From: an uncultured Methanosarcinaceae archaeon
GTDB taxonomy: Archaea > Halobacteriota > Methanosarcinia > Methanosarcinales > Methanosarcinaceae
Assembly: GCA_963727895.1 (NCBI GenBank)
Contig: CAVSHT010000012.1
Location: 385,255-449,254 of the forward strand
Direction: 5' to 3'
Length of the DNA: 64,000 nt
Shown: one piece after another, positions 1 through 10,207 of the stretch
How positions within the stretch are numbered: position 1 is the first letter of the stretch
Layout of the letters: the number at the start of each line of letters is the position of its first letter
Position numbers and translations under genes: made by a program
Notes under the pieces: model-generated
The model's database searches: none
What the model saw: only the letters and a program-made list of their open reading frames with translations
What the model was told of the DNA's origin: nothing

Positions 1-775
1 TAGCCACTTCACGAACAATATAGTGAACGCTATTATATTTTAGTCCGTGTCGAACATTTTGTCCCTCTGCAAGCCAGAGAGGAGCATCGCGATTAGCGCT
101 GCTCTGGTGCTGTCGCAGGTAATAATCAATATAAGGGGCTGCGGATACAATCGGAACTTCACGAGGGCCTGTCTTGCCCTTTGGAAATGTGAGCTTACCG
201 CCTTGTTGTGTCAGTTCAAAATCTCGAACTCTGCACGATATAAGTTCACCTGCTCAGCAACCTGTTTCAGCCAAGACAGCAATTATCGCTTTATCCTTGA
301 CCTTATCGGCTGCTGCAATCATTTTTTCAATCTCAACCACCGTCAGAAGTTCATTTGCCTGAACACGTTTTGTAGCGGGATCAACATCTATTTGCTCTGA
401 CAAATTTTTGTATTTTGGCTGATCATATCTTTTTGCATACCAGTTGAGAAATTTTTTGACGCCAATTGTATACACTTTTTTGCTCGCGTCAGATGCAGGC
501 TTGCCATCTTCACGTTTCCAATTTTTAATCGCGGCCTGGATCACCTCAATATTGTCTAGTATCAGCTTGTCTAGATCTGTTTTTACATTTCGCAGTATAA
601 ATCGGACAATAGCGACATTATTTGCAATTGTCGCTTCCGACTTGATTTTTGAACTTGCCTGCATATATGCAACATATTTGTGCATTATTTCACAATTGAC
701 TTTAGATATTTTTTCATATTCTCCCTCATTCATAAAAAATGTTTCTATTGTTAATTTATCGCCCACTATCTTCAA
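1..775 (-). pseudogene. Tyrosine recombinase/integrase with in-frame TGA at the catalytic box-I Arg; runs off the window edge
   Basis: ORF 254..775 ends AIIAVLAETGC*; the same frame stays open past TGA (254-256) as AGELISCRVRDF...FPKGKTGPREVPIV..., matching the TG.R..EL and KGKTG.R motifs of tyrosine recombinases. Confidence 0.85.
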
Positions 776-896
776 TAAATCACCAAAAATTAGTATATAT
801 CGCGATAGATATAAATATATTAAATAATTGAGGTATTATTTTTAAAAAGCTTGAAACAAAGCCTTTTAAAGGTTAACTTCTGTCAATCTGCATGAC

Positions 897-2801
897 ATGT
901 CCAAACCAGCATATCTTGGCAAAATGCTTCTGCACTGGTGCGAGGCCTGTAATGTGCCTGTGCTAGGGAAAAAGTGCGGATGCGGTAAAAGTACAAAAAG
1001 AGTTGAGGTTACTCCTCCAGGGGATATCCGCCCGGCTTTTGATTATGATATCAAACGTATAAACTCTGTTTCAGAAGAACAGTTTAATGCTCCTCTAATA
1101 CCTGAGGGACATCTTGTAGTGCTAAATAAAGCTCCATATGAAGACCGTATGGACGAGATTATAGTTGATGGGGAAGTGCTTGCATCTCTTAGATTTGAGA
1201 TTGAGAGCTGTGAATGGGTTATTCTTCCCAGACTTGAAGGAGCAAAAAGGCTTTTCCAGGGCAAGGATAAAAAATCTCTGAAAAAATGGGTTATTATCGA
1301 TGAGGCAATTGTACCTTTTATTCTGAAAAAAGGAGCAAGTGTCCTTGCGCCCGGTGTTCTTGATGCTGATCCTAAAATCGAAATAGAAGATGAAGTAGTC
1401 GTGCTGAATCCTGCAGGAGAAGTAATATGCTGTGGTCGAGCTCGAATGTCAGGGAAAGAAATGCGAGAAGAAAACCACGGACATGCCGTAAAACCGCGCT
1501 GGAGTAGAGAGCCAGAGCCTCAAAAAGTAAGATCTGGAGGACAGACCTGGGAAGATGCCGTAGAAGCAAACAAAAAAATTCTGGACGGCATGATAGAAAG
1601 GTCCCACGCCTTCATAAAAAATGTAGTCGGAAGCATGGATCTGAAAGTAAGCGTATCATATTCTGGTGGAAAGGATAGCCTTGCTGTACTCCAATTAGTC
1701 CATGAGAGCCTTGACGATTACGAGATTATGTTTGCAGATACTGGGCTTGAATTTCCGGAAACTCTTGAAAACGTCAAACAGGTTGTTGAGCACTATGGAA
1801 AAACACTACGAATCTCAAGTGCAGGGGAAGCCTTCTGGGATTCTATAAGTGTATTTGGTCCTCCTACTCTGGATACTCGCTGGTGCTGCAAGATCTGTAA
1901 ACTTGGTCCCATCACCCGGTTAATTGATGAGAACTATGAAGGTGGATGCCTCAGTTTCATAGGACAGCGTCAGTATGAATCTCATGCTCGCTCAATCAGT
2001 AAAAAAGTCTGGAAAAATCCCTGGGTAGGAAATCAGGTAGGTGCATCACCTATTCAGGAATGGACAGCCCTTCATGTCTGGCTTTATCTTTTCAAAACAA
2101 AAGCTCCCTATAATCCGGCTTATGAGAAAGGTTATGACAGAATGGGATGCTGGCTCTGTCCGTCTTCTTCCCTTGCCGATTTCTTCCAGCTCGAAGAAAG
2201 CCATCCTGAACTTGCAAAAAAGCTTAACTCTCATCTTCTTGACTACGCCGAAAAAACTGGACTTTCTTCAGAATGGGTAAAGTACGGCTTATGGCGTTAC
2301 AAGCGATATCCTAAGATTCTTCAGGAACTTGCTAAGAAAAAAGGGATTTCTCTTATTCCCACACAAGAGCCCCCAAAAGAACTTCATTTTGAAGTGGCAA
2401 CAGGATACAGACCCTGCAGGGCAGGAGGAATGTCTGCGGATGGAAGTTTCGGGCAGGCAATTGATATAGAAACTTTGAAAGAAAATGGAATGCTTTCTCC
2501 TATCGGAAAGGTTTCTTTTATAGAAGGTGCTGCATCGATTGCTTTTGAAGAATCCAGAGCACAGGTTTTTGCCTCCGGAAATGTTAACGGAAGAAGTGAT
2601 GATGAAAAAACGCTAAAAAAGCTTATGAGAAGCGTTGAATTCTCGATAAGAAGAGCCTTACTCTGCCAGGGGTGCGGAGTTTGTGTGGGTCATTGTCAGC
2701 ATAATGCAATTGAAATGAAGGAAAAGAAGGTAATGATTAAAGAAAATTGTATTCACTGTGGAGCGTGTATTGAGGTCTGTCCGCTTGTTAAATTTATTTA
2801 A
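897..2801 (+). CDS. PAPS-reductase-family (PP-loop) protein with N-terminal Zn ribbon, PUA domain and C-terminal 4Fe-4S ferredoxin domain
   Basis: SYSGGKDS, DTGLEFPET, WCCKICK, GYDRMGCWLCP; PUA-like GASVLAPGVLDAD; CQGCGVCVGHC and CIHCGACIEVCP. Confidence 0.85.
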   Translation: MSKPAYLGKMLLHWCEACNVPVLGKKCGCGKSTKRVEVTPPGDIRPAFDYDIKRINSVSEEQFNAPLIPEGHLVVLNKAPYEDRMDEIIVDGEVLASLRFEIESCEWVILPRLEGAKRLFQGKDKKSLKKWVIIDEAIVPFILKKGASVLAPGVLDADPKIEIEDEVVVLNPAGEVICCGRARMSGKEMREENHGHAVKPRWSREPEPQKVRSGGQTWEDAVEANKKILDGMIERSHAFIKNVVGSMDLKVSVSYSGGKDSLAVLQLVHESLDDYEIMFADTGLEFPETLENVKQVVEHYGKTLRISSAGEAFWDSISVFGPPTLDTRWCCKICKLGPITRLIDENYEGGCLSFIGQRQYESHARSISKKVWKNPWVGNQVGASPIQEWTALHVWLYLFKTKAPYNPAYEKGYDRMGCWLCPSSSLADFFQLEESHPELAKKLNSHLLDYAEKTGLSSEWVKYGLWRYKRYPKILQELAKKKGISLIPTQEPPKELHFEVATGYRPCRAGGMSADGSFGQAIDIETLKENGMLSPIGKVSFIEGAASIAFEESRAQVFASGNVNGRSDDEKTLKKLMRSVEFSIRRALLCQGCGVCVGHCQHNAIEMKEKKVMIKENCIHCGACIEVCPLVKFI

Positions 2802-2826
2802 GTTTTACAGGTGATGCTAATTAAAA

Positions 2827-2856
2827 TGAGTCCTTTGTAGAAATAAATAGGACTCA
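2827..2856. terminator. Inverted repeat between convergent genes, possible bidirectional terminator
   Basis: TGAGTCCT...AGGACTCA, 8-bp perfect arms. Confidence 0.4.
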
Positions 2857-2893
2857 GATTGAGATAAATGTAAAACTTGAAATGGATCAAAAA

Positions 2894-3991
2894 TCAATAA
2901 TCAAATAGGCTTTTCTGCCCCATTCTTTTTTGGAGATATCCTACCCGAACTCCTACACGTCTGAACTCAGTCTGGCTTTCCGAAAGAAACTCACTCAGAA
3001 TTTCGCGAATTACTTCAAGAAGAACTTCCTTTGAATAAGCCGGGTGGTTTAATGTACGACTTCTAGTGTACATCTTGAACTTTGAATTTATGACCGTAAT
3101 GGTTACAGTCCTGAAGGAAAGACCTCTTGAATCGAGTTTTGAGATTACATCTCCTGCCAGTTTCTCAATTAAGTGAGAAATAATGTTGATATCAAAAGTA
3201 TCCTCAGGCAAGGTTGCGATTCTTCCTATTTGTTCGGAGCCATCCCTTTCTTTCAGGGGAGAATCATCGATTCCCGCCGCAGCCTGTTTAAGCCAGATGC
3301 CTCTGTTTTTTCCAAAAGTTGAGATCAGATCAATAACGTCGTGTTCAGCAAGGTCTTTTATTGTGACTATGCTCATTTCCTGCAGTTTTTCTGCAGTTAC
3401 ATTTCCAATTCCCCAGAGTTTGGATACATTAAGAGGCCAGAGAAAATTCTCAAGTTTTTCTGGAGTTATAACTGTAATTCCATTGGGTTTCTGTACAGAA
3501 GAAGCCATCTTGGCAATAAGCTTATTTGGGCCTATCCCTACAGAGCATGTCAGGTTTTCCTTATCCTTAATCTCATTTTTAATTTGGGTTCCAATCTCAA
3601 AAGCCAGATTAAAATTCCCGCCTGTTTTCTCGGTAACTTCCAGGAATGCTTCATCTATACTGATCTGCTCAAAAGCTTCTCCTGTCTCCCTGAAATCTGC
3701 ATAATTCCTGAGAATTTCCATGACCTGATCCGAAACTGAAGTGTAAAACTCTTTTCTGGCAGGTAGAAAAATAGCCTCTATATTCAGCTTTTTTGCCTTT
3801 GAACAGAACATACCTGCCCTGATCCCGGATTCTCGTGCAATATAATTGCAGGTACTCACAGCTCCACTTAACTCGCTTCTTCCGGAAAGCATACAGACAA
3901 CAACAGCTTTTCCCTGAAGATCAGGTTTTTCCCGCTCTTCAATTGCTGCAAAAAAATAGTCCATATCCACATGGAGAACAACACGATGCAT
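2894..3991 (-). CDS. dinB: DNA polymerase IV (Y-family, DinB/Dbh)
   Basis: VLHVDMDYFFAA, SIDEAFL, CSVGIGPNKLIAKMAS..KPNG, LWGIG; start placed at ATG 3991 (MHRVVLH). Confidence 0.93.
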   Translation of the reverse strand: MHRVVLHVDMDYFFAAIEEREKPDLQGKAVVVCMLSGRSELSGAVSTCNYIARESGIRAGMFCSKAKKLNIEAIFLPARKEFYTSVSDQVMEILRNYADFRETGEAFEQISIDEAFLEVTEKTGGNFNLAFEIGTQIKNEIKDKENLTCSVGIGPNKLIAKMASSVQKPNGITVITPEKLENFLWPLNVSKLWGIGNVTAEKLQEMSIVTIKDLAEHDVIDLISTFGKNRGIWLKQAAAGIDDSPLKERDGSEQIGRIATLPEDTFDINIISHLIEKLAGDVISKLDSRGLSFRTVTITVINSKFKMYTRSRTLNHPAYSKEVLLEVIREILSEFLSESQTEFRRVGVRVGYLQKRMGQKSLFDY

Positions 3992-4215
3992 CGAAAAAAA
4001 TAGGCTGGGAAGATTTGTATAATTATCTCTTGAAAAATGAAAATTAGGGAAACACAAAAAGATATTAAAAGTGACTACTTTCTTAACTTTATTGAGAAAA
4101 ATCTATCGATTTTAAGAACATAATACAATTGATAGACCGATAAAAGAGATTGTTTAAAGATAGTTATGGAGGAAAAAATTCAGAATATGCCTTATTTTAA
4201 AACCGTGAAATAAAA

Positions 4216-4238
4216 AGTTGCCTGGAAGCCAGGCAACT
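4216..4238 (-). terminator. Hairpin followed by a U-tract downstream of the repeat-protein gene
   Basis: AGTTGCCTGG-aag-CCAGGCAACT perfect 10-bp stem, preceded on + by an A-run (U-run on the - strand). Confidence 0.6.
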
Positions 4239-4308
4239 GCATAAATCCTGTCAAGGATATTATCAATACATTTCGCTTTTTGTGTTTCGTTCTACTCTTT
4301 ATATACAG

Positions 4309-5757
4309 TTATTTATTTACAGTTACGTTATTGGTTATAGTACTCCCTGAATACTCCCCATTGTTAATGGTGCTTCCTGAATCATCACCAATATTTACTG
4401 CGCTTCCTGAATCATCACCAATATTTACTGTGCTTCCTGAATCATCACCAATATTTACTGTGCTTCCTGAATCATCTCCTTTGTTAATAGTGCTTCCTGA
4501 ATCATCTCCTTTGTTAATAGTGCTTCCTGAATCATCACCAATATTTACTGTGCTTCCTGAATCATCTCCTTTGTTAATAGTGCTTCCTGAATCATCTCCT
4601 TTGTTAATAGTGCTTCCTGAATCATCTCCTTTGTTAATAGTGCTTCCTGAATCATTTCCTTTGTTAATAGTGCTTCCTGAATCATCTCCTTTGTTAATAG
4701 TGCTTCCTGAATCATCACCAATATTTACTGTGCTTCCTGAATCATCTCCTTTGTTAATAGTGCTTCCTGAATCATCACCAATATTTACTGTGCTTCCGGA
4801 ATCCTCGCCATTGTTAATACTGCTTCCTGCTCCTGTCCCAACATAATTCGTATCGCCTGCATCCACTCCGTTGTTGATACTGCTTCCTGCTCCCGTCCCA
4901 ACATAATTATATTGGCCTGCATCCTCGCCATTATTAATACTGGTTCCATAAGAATATTGGCCTGCATCCTCGCCATAGTTAATAGCGCTTCCGGCACTCT
5001 CTCCATTGTAAATAGTGTTTCCTGAACCCGCTCCATTGTTAAGAGTGCTTCCTGCACCGTCCCCATTGTTAAGAGTGCTTCCTGCATAGGTACCATAATT
5101 AAAGGTTGATCCTGCGTACTGCCCATTATAATTGTTTATAGTATTTCCTGAATAATCTCCCTTGTTAACGGTACTTCCTGAATTTTCTCCATTATTTACG
5201 GTAGCTCCTGCATAAGTTCCCTCATTAACGGTACTTCCATTATTATCTGTCTCTTGAGCGTCATTTTCTGCTTTAGATTCAGTTTTAGAGGTGTTATCGG
5301 CGCACGAATCATTGGTAGAAACATTTTCTGCACTTGAATTGTTAACAATATTATCTTCACTTGATTCATTGTTAGCTGTGTCTTCTGAGTTCAGCTCAGT
5401 GTCAGCAGTGCTACTTGAACTTGAACTCACATGGCGAACGATGACCTTTGAATTCGGCTCATAGACAAAAGTAACGTTGTTAAATGTCACATTGTTGAAT
5501 GTATTATGTGAGTCAGGTCCATTGATAAATGTGACATTGTTAAATGTCACATTGTTGAATACGTTCCCTGAGCCAGCATCTATATAATCTGGAGTTACTG
5601 TGTTCTGCCCTGAATTACTATTGTTCCCTATGTTACAATTTGTTTCTGCTGCTGCCGTTGACGCTAATATCGAAAAAAATATTATCACAAAAAGACATGC
5701 TGTCTTTTTCATTCTGACAAACCGTTGATTTTTCATTTCCCCACTCTCCATATACAC
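4309..5757 (-). CDS. Secreted Asn/Gly/Ser/Asp-rich protein with 10-aa tandem repeats (probable beta-solenoid)
   Basis: Signal peptide MKKTACLFVIIFFSILASTAAA; NNVTF repeats; C-terminal (GDDSGSTINK/GDDSGSTVNI)n; true start may be a downstream Met. Confidence 0.8.
   Translation of the reverse strand: MYMESGEMKNQRFVRMKKTACLFVIIFFSILASTAAAETNCNIGNNSNSGQNTVTPDYIDAGSGNVFNNVTFNNVTFINGPDSHNTFNNVTFNNVTFVYEPNSKVIVRHVSSSSSSTADTELNSEDTANNESSEDNIVNNSSAENVSTNDSCADNTSKTESKAENDAQETDNNGSTVNEGTYAGATVNNGENSGSTVNKGDYSGNTINNYNGQYAGSTFNYGTYAGSTLNNGDGAGSTLNNGAGSGNTIYNGESAGSAINYGEDAGQYSYGTSINNGEDAGQYNYVGTGAGSSINNGVDAGDTNYVGTGAGSSINNGEDSGSTVNIGDDSGSTINKGDDSGSTVNIGDDSGSTINKGDDSGSTINKGNDSGSTINKGDDSGSTINKGDDSGSTINKGDDSGSTVNIGDDSGSTINKGDDSGSTINKGDDSGSTVNIGDDSGSTVNIGDDSGSAVNIGDDSGSTINNGEYSGSTITNNVTVNK
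4351..4830. repeat. 30-bp coding tandem repeat, ~16 units, two main variants
   Basis: Units ATCATCACCAATATTTACTGTGCTTCCTGA and ATCATCTCCTTTGTTAATAGTGCTTCCTGA in register from 4381 to 4800, with degenerate flanking units. Confidence 0.97.
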
Positions 5758-6095
5758 TCAGTTTTGAAAATCGTATGCTGTTGAAGTCTCAATCCACTTT
5801 ATAGGTTGTCTCACTATAGAAGGAATTTTTCTACAATATTATAAGATTTATTAATGGAAACACCTATGAGAGAATGTATTAAGTACTCAATATACAAAAT
5901 ACTCCAATATATTTTCTCATTAGATAACTTAATAATTAATTGTAAAATATATCAAATAAATAGAAACCGGATTAAGAATCAAATGTAAGTAAAATATGGT
6001 AGTTTCCCCAAACCAATCTCATATTTACTCAATAAAAGTTTCAGAATTCTTTTTTGTGAAAATCCTGAAACGAAAAATAAACCGTAAAAAAGGTT

Positions 6096-7665
6096 TTATT
6101 TTCTTTTAAGGAATACAACAGTATTATTAATCGGAGGTTCTGGCTGAACTCTGAGGAATTCTTTAAATCCCGCAGGCAATTCAAAAAAAGGGTATTGGTA
6201 ATTAAAAATAGATATATATGCTTATAACATATATTTCTTCATTAACTGCCCAAAATGTAATAGTTCCAGTCACAAAAAGAACGGTATAGTTGGTGGGCGT
6301 CAACGCTACAAATGCCATGATTGTGGCTATAACTATACAGTAGAGCTAAAATCAACTGCTTTTTCCGCCTCTGTTAAAAGACAGGCTTTACAACTTTACC
6401 TTGAAAGATTGGGCTTTCGTTCAATAGGAAGAGTTTTAGGGGTGAGTCATGTTTCTGTCCAAAGATGGATAAAGAAATTTGGTCAGGAGTTAGAGGACCT
6501 AAAAAGTGAAAATGAGATATCTATTGTTGAAATGGATGAAATGCACACTTACATCGGTAACAAAAAAAATATTGCTGGATCTGGATTGCTGTTGATAGAG
6601 TTGGGAAAAAGTTCATCAACTGCTCTTTTGGCAGCAGAGGAACAGAAACTGGAAAACTACTCTGGGAAAAAGTGAAGAAAAAAGACATTGGAGAAGTGAT
6701 GACAGATCACTGGAGGGCATATGCAGAGTTTCTTCCAGAAAAGATCCATACTCAATCAAAAGCAGAAACGTATACTGTTGAAGGATATAACAGCATATTG
6801 AGGCATTTCCTGGCAAGGTTGAGAAGAAAGACAAAGTGTTATACGAAGAGTCTTGAAATGCTAAAGTACTCGGTTATTCTATTGATGAAATACAGAAATA
6901 AAGAACTAGATATAGTTAAGTAACAATACCAAAAAAAGAACTGCAATCAAGAAGTCTTCGAAGACCTTTTTCGTAGAGACGATAAGAGATTTTGCTTTCT
7001 ACAGGAAGGACTTTTGAAAGGTGTTCAAATATCTCTTTTTTGGGCTCTGCCTGTGCAGCAACCATGTAAAGATCACATCTATATTCAAGGGACAAGGTGA
7101 AATGATTTCCTTCAATTATCTTGATACTTTCAGAAAGATCTAGGCGAGCAATTACTTTATGAGAGAGGCTTGCTCTTTTTTTATCCTGTTCAATTCCGAC
7201 TCCAAAAAGGCCATATTCGTGGCAGAGCACTATTAAACTCAGATGGAGAGGACCATTCCCTAGAAAAAGAACACAATCTTTGGGTTTCAGGTTAGCACCT
7301 GTGTATTCAGTTCTGGCAGGCTGCAGATAATTCGGATAAAATGTAAAATTCTGGAGAGTCTCCCAGGGATTTGAGCTTTCAAGAAGGCTCTTTGCTTTTT
7401 CAATTTCAAGTTTCAGATTGTATAAAAACCGAAAGCGAGAGATCTCAGATATGAGGAGATCAAAATCTGAGCTTTTAAGAATTAACTCTAGAGACTTTTC
7501 ATCTAAATCCAGAGTTGCAAGTTCGTCCAGTCTTTTAAACATGGCATCTGTTTCAAGGGAGAAATTTTCCAGAACCTCAGTTTCTCCAAGACCTTTTACC
7601 TGAGAATAGATCTGGCGAAATTCGGTAATTAAGAGTTCAACATCAATCTGTTGAATATTACTCAC
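6096..7665 (-). pseudogene. Nicotianamine synthase-like protein 2, interrupted near its 3' end by IS1
   Basis: FTFYPNYLQ, VLFLGNGPLHLS, VAAQAEPKK; removing the IS and one TSD restores ...SFFELPAGFKEFLRVQPEPPINNTVVFLKRK* ending at 6096. Confidence 0.85.
6191..6930 (+). mobile_element. IS1-family element copy 1 (740 bp) with 8-bp target-site duplication
   Basis: Ends GGTATTGGTAATTAA / TTAAGTAACAATACC; AAAAAAAG at 6183-6190 and 6931-6938; Zn-ribbon/HTH orfA from ATT at 6241, A8 -1 frameshift site (~6562-6569) into YCWIWIAVDR...EGYNSILRH. Confidence 0.93.
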
Positions 7666-8530
7666 ACTCCCGAAAAACCAGGGTGTTGTTTATCTTTCCA
7701 TCTGGATAAATTTCTTTTATTTTTTTAAATCCTTTAATATGTTCAGGTAGGACGGGCCAATAAAGCAACTGTCTCATCCCACTATAGTCACGATAGCACA
7801 CTGAGACAGGTTTTTGAGATTCGGATCTTCGATTTTTAATAATCGAATGGAGGTTACGGAAGATGCATTGTTTAGGTTCAGCAAGACCTGCTATCAGCAC
7901 AGAGTCCCAGTAGAGATTCGAAAGTGAATTTTCGTCACCTTCGACAATACTGATTTCTTTTTCAAGACCAAAATGTTTTACACAGCTTTTTGCAAGATTC
8001 ACTGCTTCGGGATCCTTATCTATACCGATACAATGGATACCATATAGCTTACTGAATAGCAGTAGAGTTATGGGAATAGGACCGCAGCCTATGAAAACCA
8101 ATACTTTAATTTCAGGAGAGTCCTGAACCTGGTTTTTGATCATATTTTCATATCTGGCATATAGAGGAAAAGATTCAAGCATTTTCCATGGTTCTTTGCA
8201 AGCCAGAATTTTTTTTGCGAGTTGAGTTTCATGTATACTAAAAAATTGAGTATAACTGGTGTAAATTGAAGGAAGGACCGAGCTGATTACAGGATATCTA
8301 AGTAAGGCCTGACAAAGGTTGTTAGAAACATCAAGATGTCCAAGTTCATCAATCTCGGAGAAGATCTCATAGAGTTTAGCAATGTTTGATTCTGCAATTT
8401 TAGTTAAATCATTGTCTTTAATATTGCTGTAAAAATGCAATATGTGAGATTTTATGTCGTATAACTGTAGTTCATATCCCTGAAATTGGGCTAGATTATT
8501 GCTGTTTTCAACACATGGTAAGCTGCTCAT
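7658..8530 (-). CDS. Nicotianamine synthase-like protein 1 (SAM-dependent aminobutyryltransferase family)
   Basis: ESFPLYARYENM, VFIGCGPIPIT, GIDKDPEA, AGLAEPK, INNTLVF motifs typical of the NAS family. Confidence 0.8.
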   Translation of the reverse strand: MSSLPCVENSNNLAQFQGYELQLYDIKSHILHFYSNIKDNDLTKIAESNIAKLYEIFSEIDELGHLDVSNNLCQALLRYPVISSVLPSIYTSYTQFFSIHETQLAKKILACKEPWKMLESFPLYARYENMIKNQVQDSPEIKVLVFIGCGPIPITLLLFSKLYGIHCIGIDKDPEAVNLAKSCVKHFGLEKEISIVEGDENSLSNLYWDSVLIAGLAEPKQCIFRNLHSIIKNRRSESQKPVSVCYRDYSGMRQLLYWPVLPEHIKGFKKIKEIYPDGKINNTLVFRECE

Positions 8531-8821
8531 GAGATCACACGCATCTTCATTTATTTTACTTGAAATAAAGAATAATATATATAATAAAAATTGTTGTAAT
8601 TTTATTTAGATACTTTTTGATATTTTAGAGCAGCCACCCATAATAAAAAATTTTTGTCATATAAGATCGTAAATAAGATTAAAAAAGTAGTAGAGCTTCA
8701 CAATTATTTGTTTTGTTGTATGAAAATGAATAAATAGAATTTGTTAACGGAGAGAAAATAAAAATGTTAGGGCATTTCACAAAAACAGAACCAAAAAATG
8801 TACGATCAAAGAGACTAGTTT

Positions 8822-9573
8822 TTACTCTTTCTGCCCTGAAATTAGAAAAATGGAGTTAGTTCCAAGAACTTTTTGTGGGAATGATTGTTTACTTTCTTTA
8901 AATTTCTGTATATCTAATAGGGGATTGATTGAAGTGTTAACAAACCCATTTTCAGATACGAGAATTGAAGCCTTTTTCGGACTTATTTCTTCATAGAGAG
9001 GTAACGAACTTTAGATTGGCCCATAATAATCTTTAAAGACAGAATTGTGCGGATTTTTATTCGTAAGCTTGTCTGTCCACTCATAAACTGCTCTTTTAAT
9101 TCGTTTGCTTGGTCGTGGATCAAACCAGTCTCCATCAATAGCTAAAACCATACCTCCGGGTTTAAGAACTCTTTTCCATTCTCTAATAACACATTCAGGC
9201 TGCTGAAGAGTCCATAGAAGAAATTTATTAGTGACCAGATCAAAAGAACTATCCTTAAAAGGTAGTTTTTCCGCATTCCCGTGGAAAAAATCAATATCAA
9301 AACCCATATTATGTGCGTTATTTTTTGCTTTTTCAAGCATACCTGAAGAAAGGTCCACTCCTGTTACCTTATGACCCATCTCGGCAAAAAGTAGTGCAAG
9401 AAAACCAGCACCAGTTCCAACATCCAGTACATTTAAACGTTCATTAAAATCTATAAAATATTTAAATGTTTGGTTCCAGACAGCGCGTTCTTCCTCATCA
9501 AAGCCATTTATACCGTTTGTGTAGTAGAGGACCTTATATTCCAATAACTAGCAATAACTTTCTTGCAGTCTAT
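8822..9573 (-). pseudogene. Class I SAM-dependent methyltransferase (UbiE-like), decayed
   Basis: VLDVGTGAG, GVDLSSGML, LPFKDSSFD, RVLKPGG; in-frame TAA at 9011-9013 then the frame continues (SSLPLYEEISP...ISGQKE*) to 8822; the probable N-terminus (ATA after GGAGG; DCKKVIASYWNIRSST) is in another frame. Confidence 0.8.
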
Positions 9574-10207
9574 ACGAATTCCTCCGAAAAATTTTAAAGA
9601 GAGATTATTTAATATCCTTATTTTGCATATTTTACTGGTTTCCGTAGTACAATTTTAGAAAATGTTCTTTTTATGTCCGTTTTTCTATTTTACTGCCCAA
9701 AAAACCATGAACTTTTTGAGCTGTATTCCACAGAAAATGAATATTGAAGAAAGAACAAGACCTAAGATTGTAAGATGAATCTTTTCTTATTATAGTAATA
9801 ATTGTTACGATATTATTTGCATATCACCCCAAGTAATATAAATATATGTTTTGATTATAATTAGTATTACAAATCATAATAACATTATATATAGTGAAAA
9901 CATGCATAAATAGAAAAGTCAAAACGGTAAAATTAGATACGCTTACGGTCTCAGTCCTACCTTTAATTGCCCTTATAACCAAAAGACAAACAATTCCAAG
10001 ATATATTGAAAAGTATGAGTATTACAGAATAACAAGAAATCGTCTTTGAAAAACTATCGAAATCAGTTCCAAAAATTAAAATAAAACAAGAAATAATACA
10101 TAAAACAAAATTCATTAAAAATTGCAATGAATTTTATCAAAAATTAGCTATTTTTTCTGTACCAAAAGAAAATCCAAAAAACTCTAAAATCAAAGTTGCG
10201 CTGGCGC

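Noticed and set aside
254..256. TGA as selenocysteine or programmed readthrough
   Set aside because: The position requires the catalytic Arg; a CGA>TGA transition explains it and no recoding signal was seen
776..896. dif-like or att site next to the integrase
   Set aside because: No convincing dyad or in-window direct repeat; the other end of the element is outside the window
4351..4830. CRISPR array
   Set aside because: The 30-bp units are contiguous with no unique spacers and encode an in-frame 10-aa repeat; no cas genes are present
4280..4846. Plus-strand 188-aa ORF (LPESSP repeats)
   Set aside because: Antisense shadow of the repeat; the minus-strand ORF has the signal peptide and terminator
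9790..9895. NikR/Fur-type operator upstream of the NAS operon
   Set aside because: GTAATA/TATTAC half-sites exist, but the spacing does not fit a known box and the region is too AT-rich to be significant
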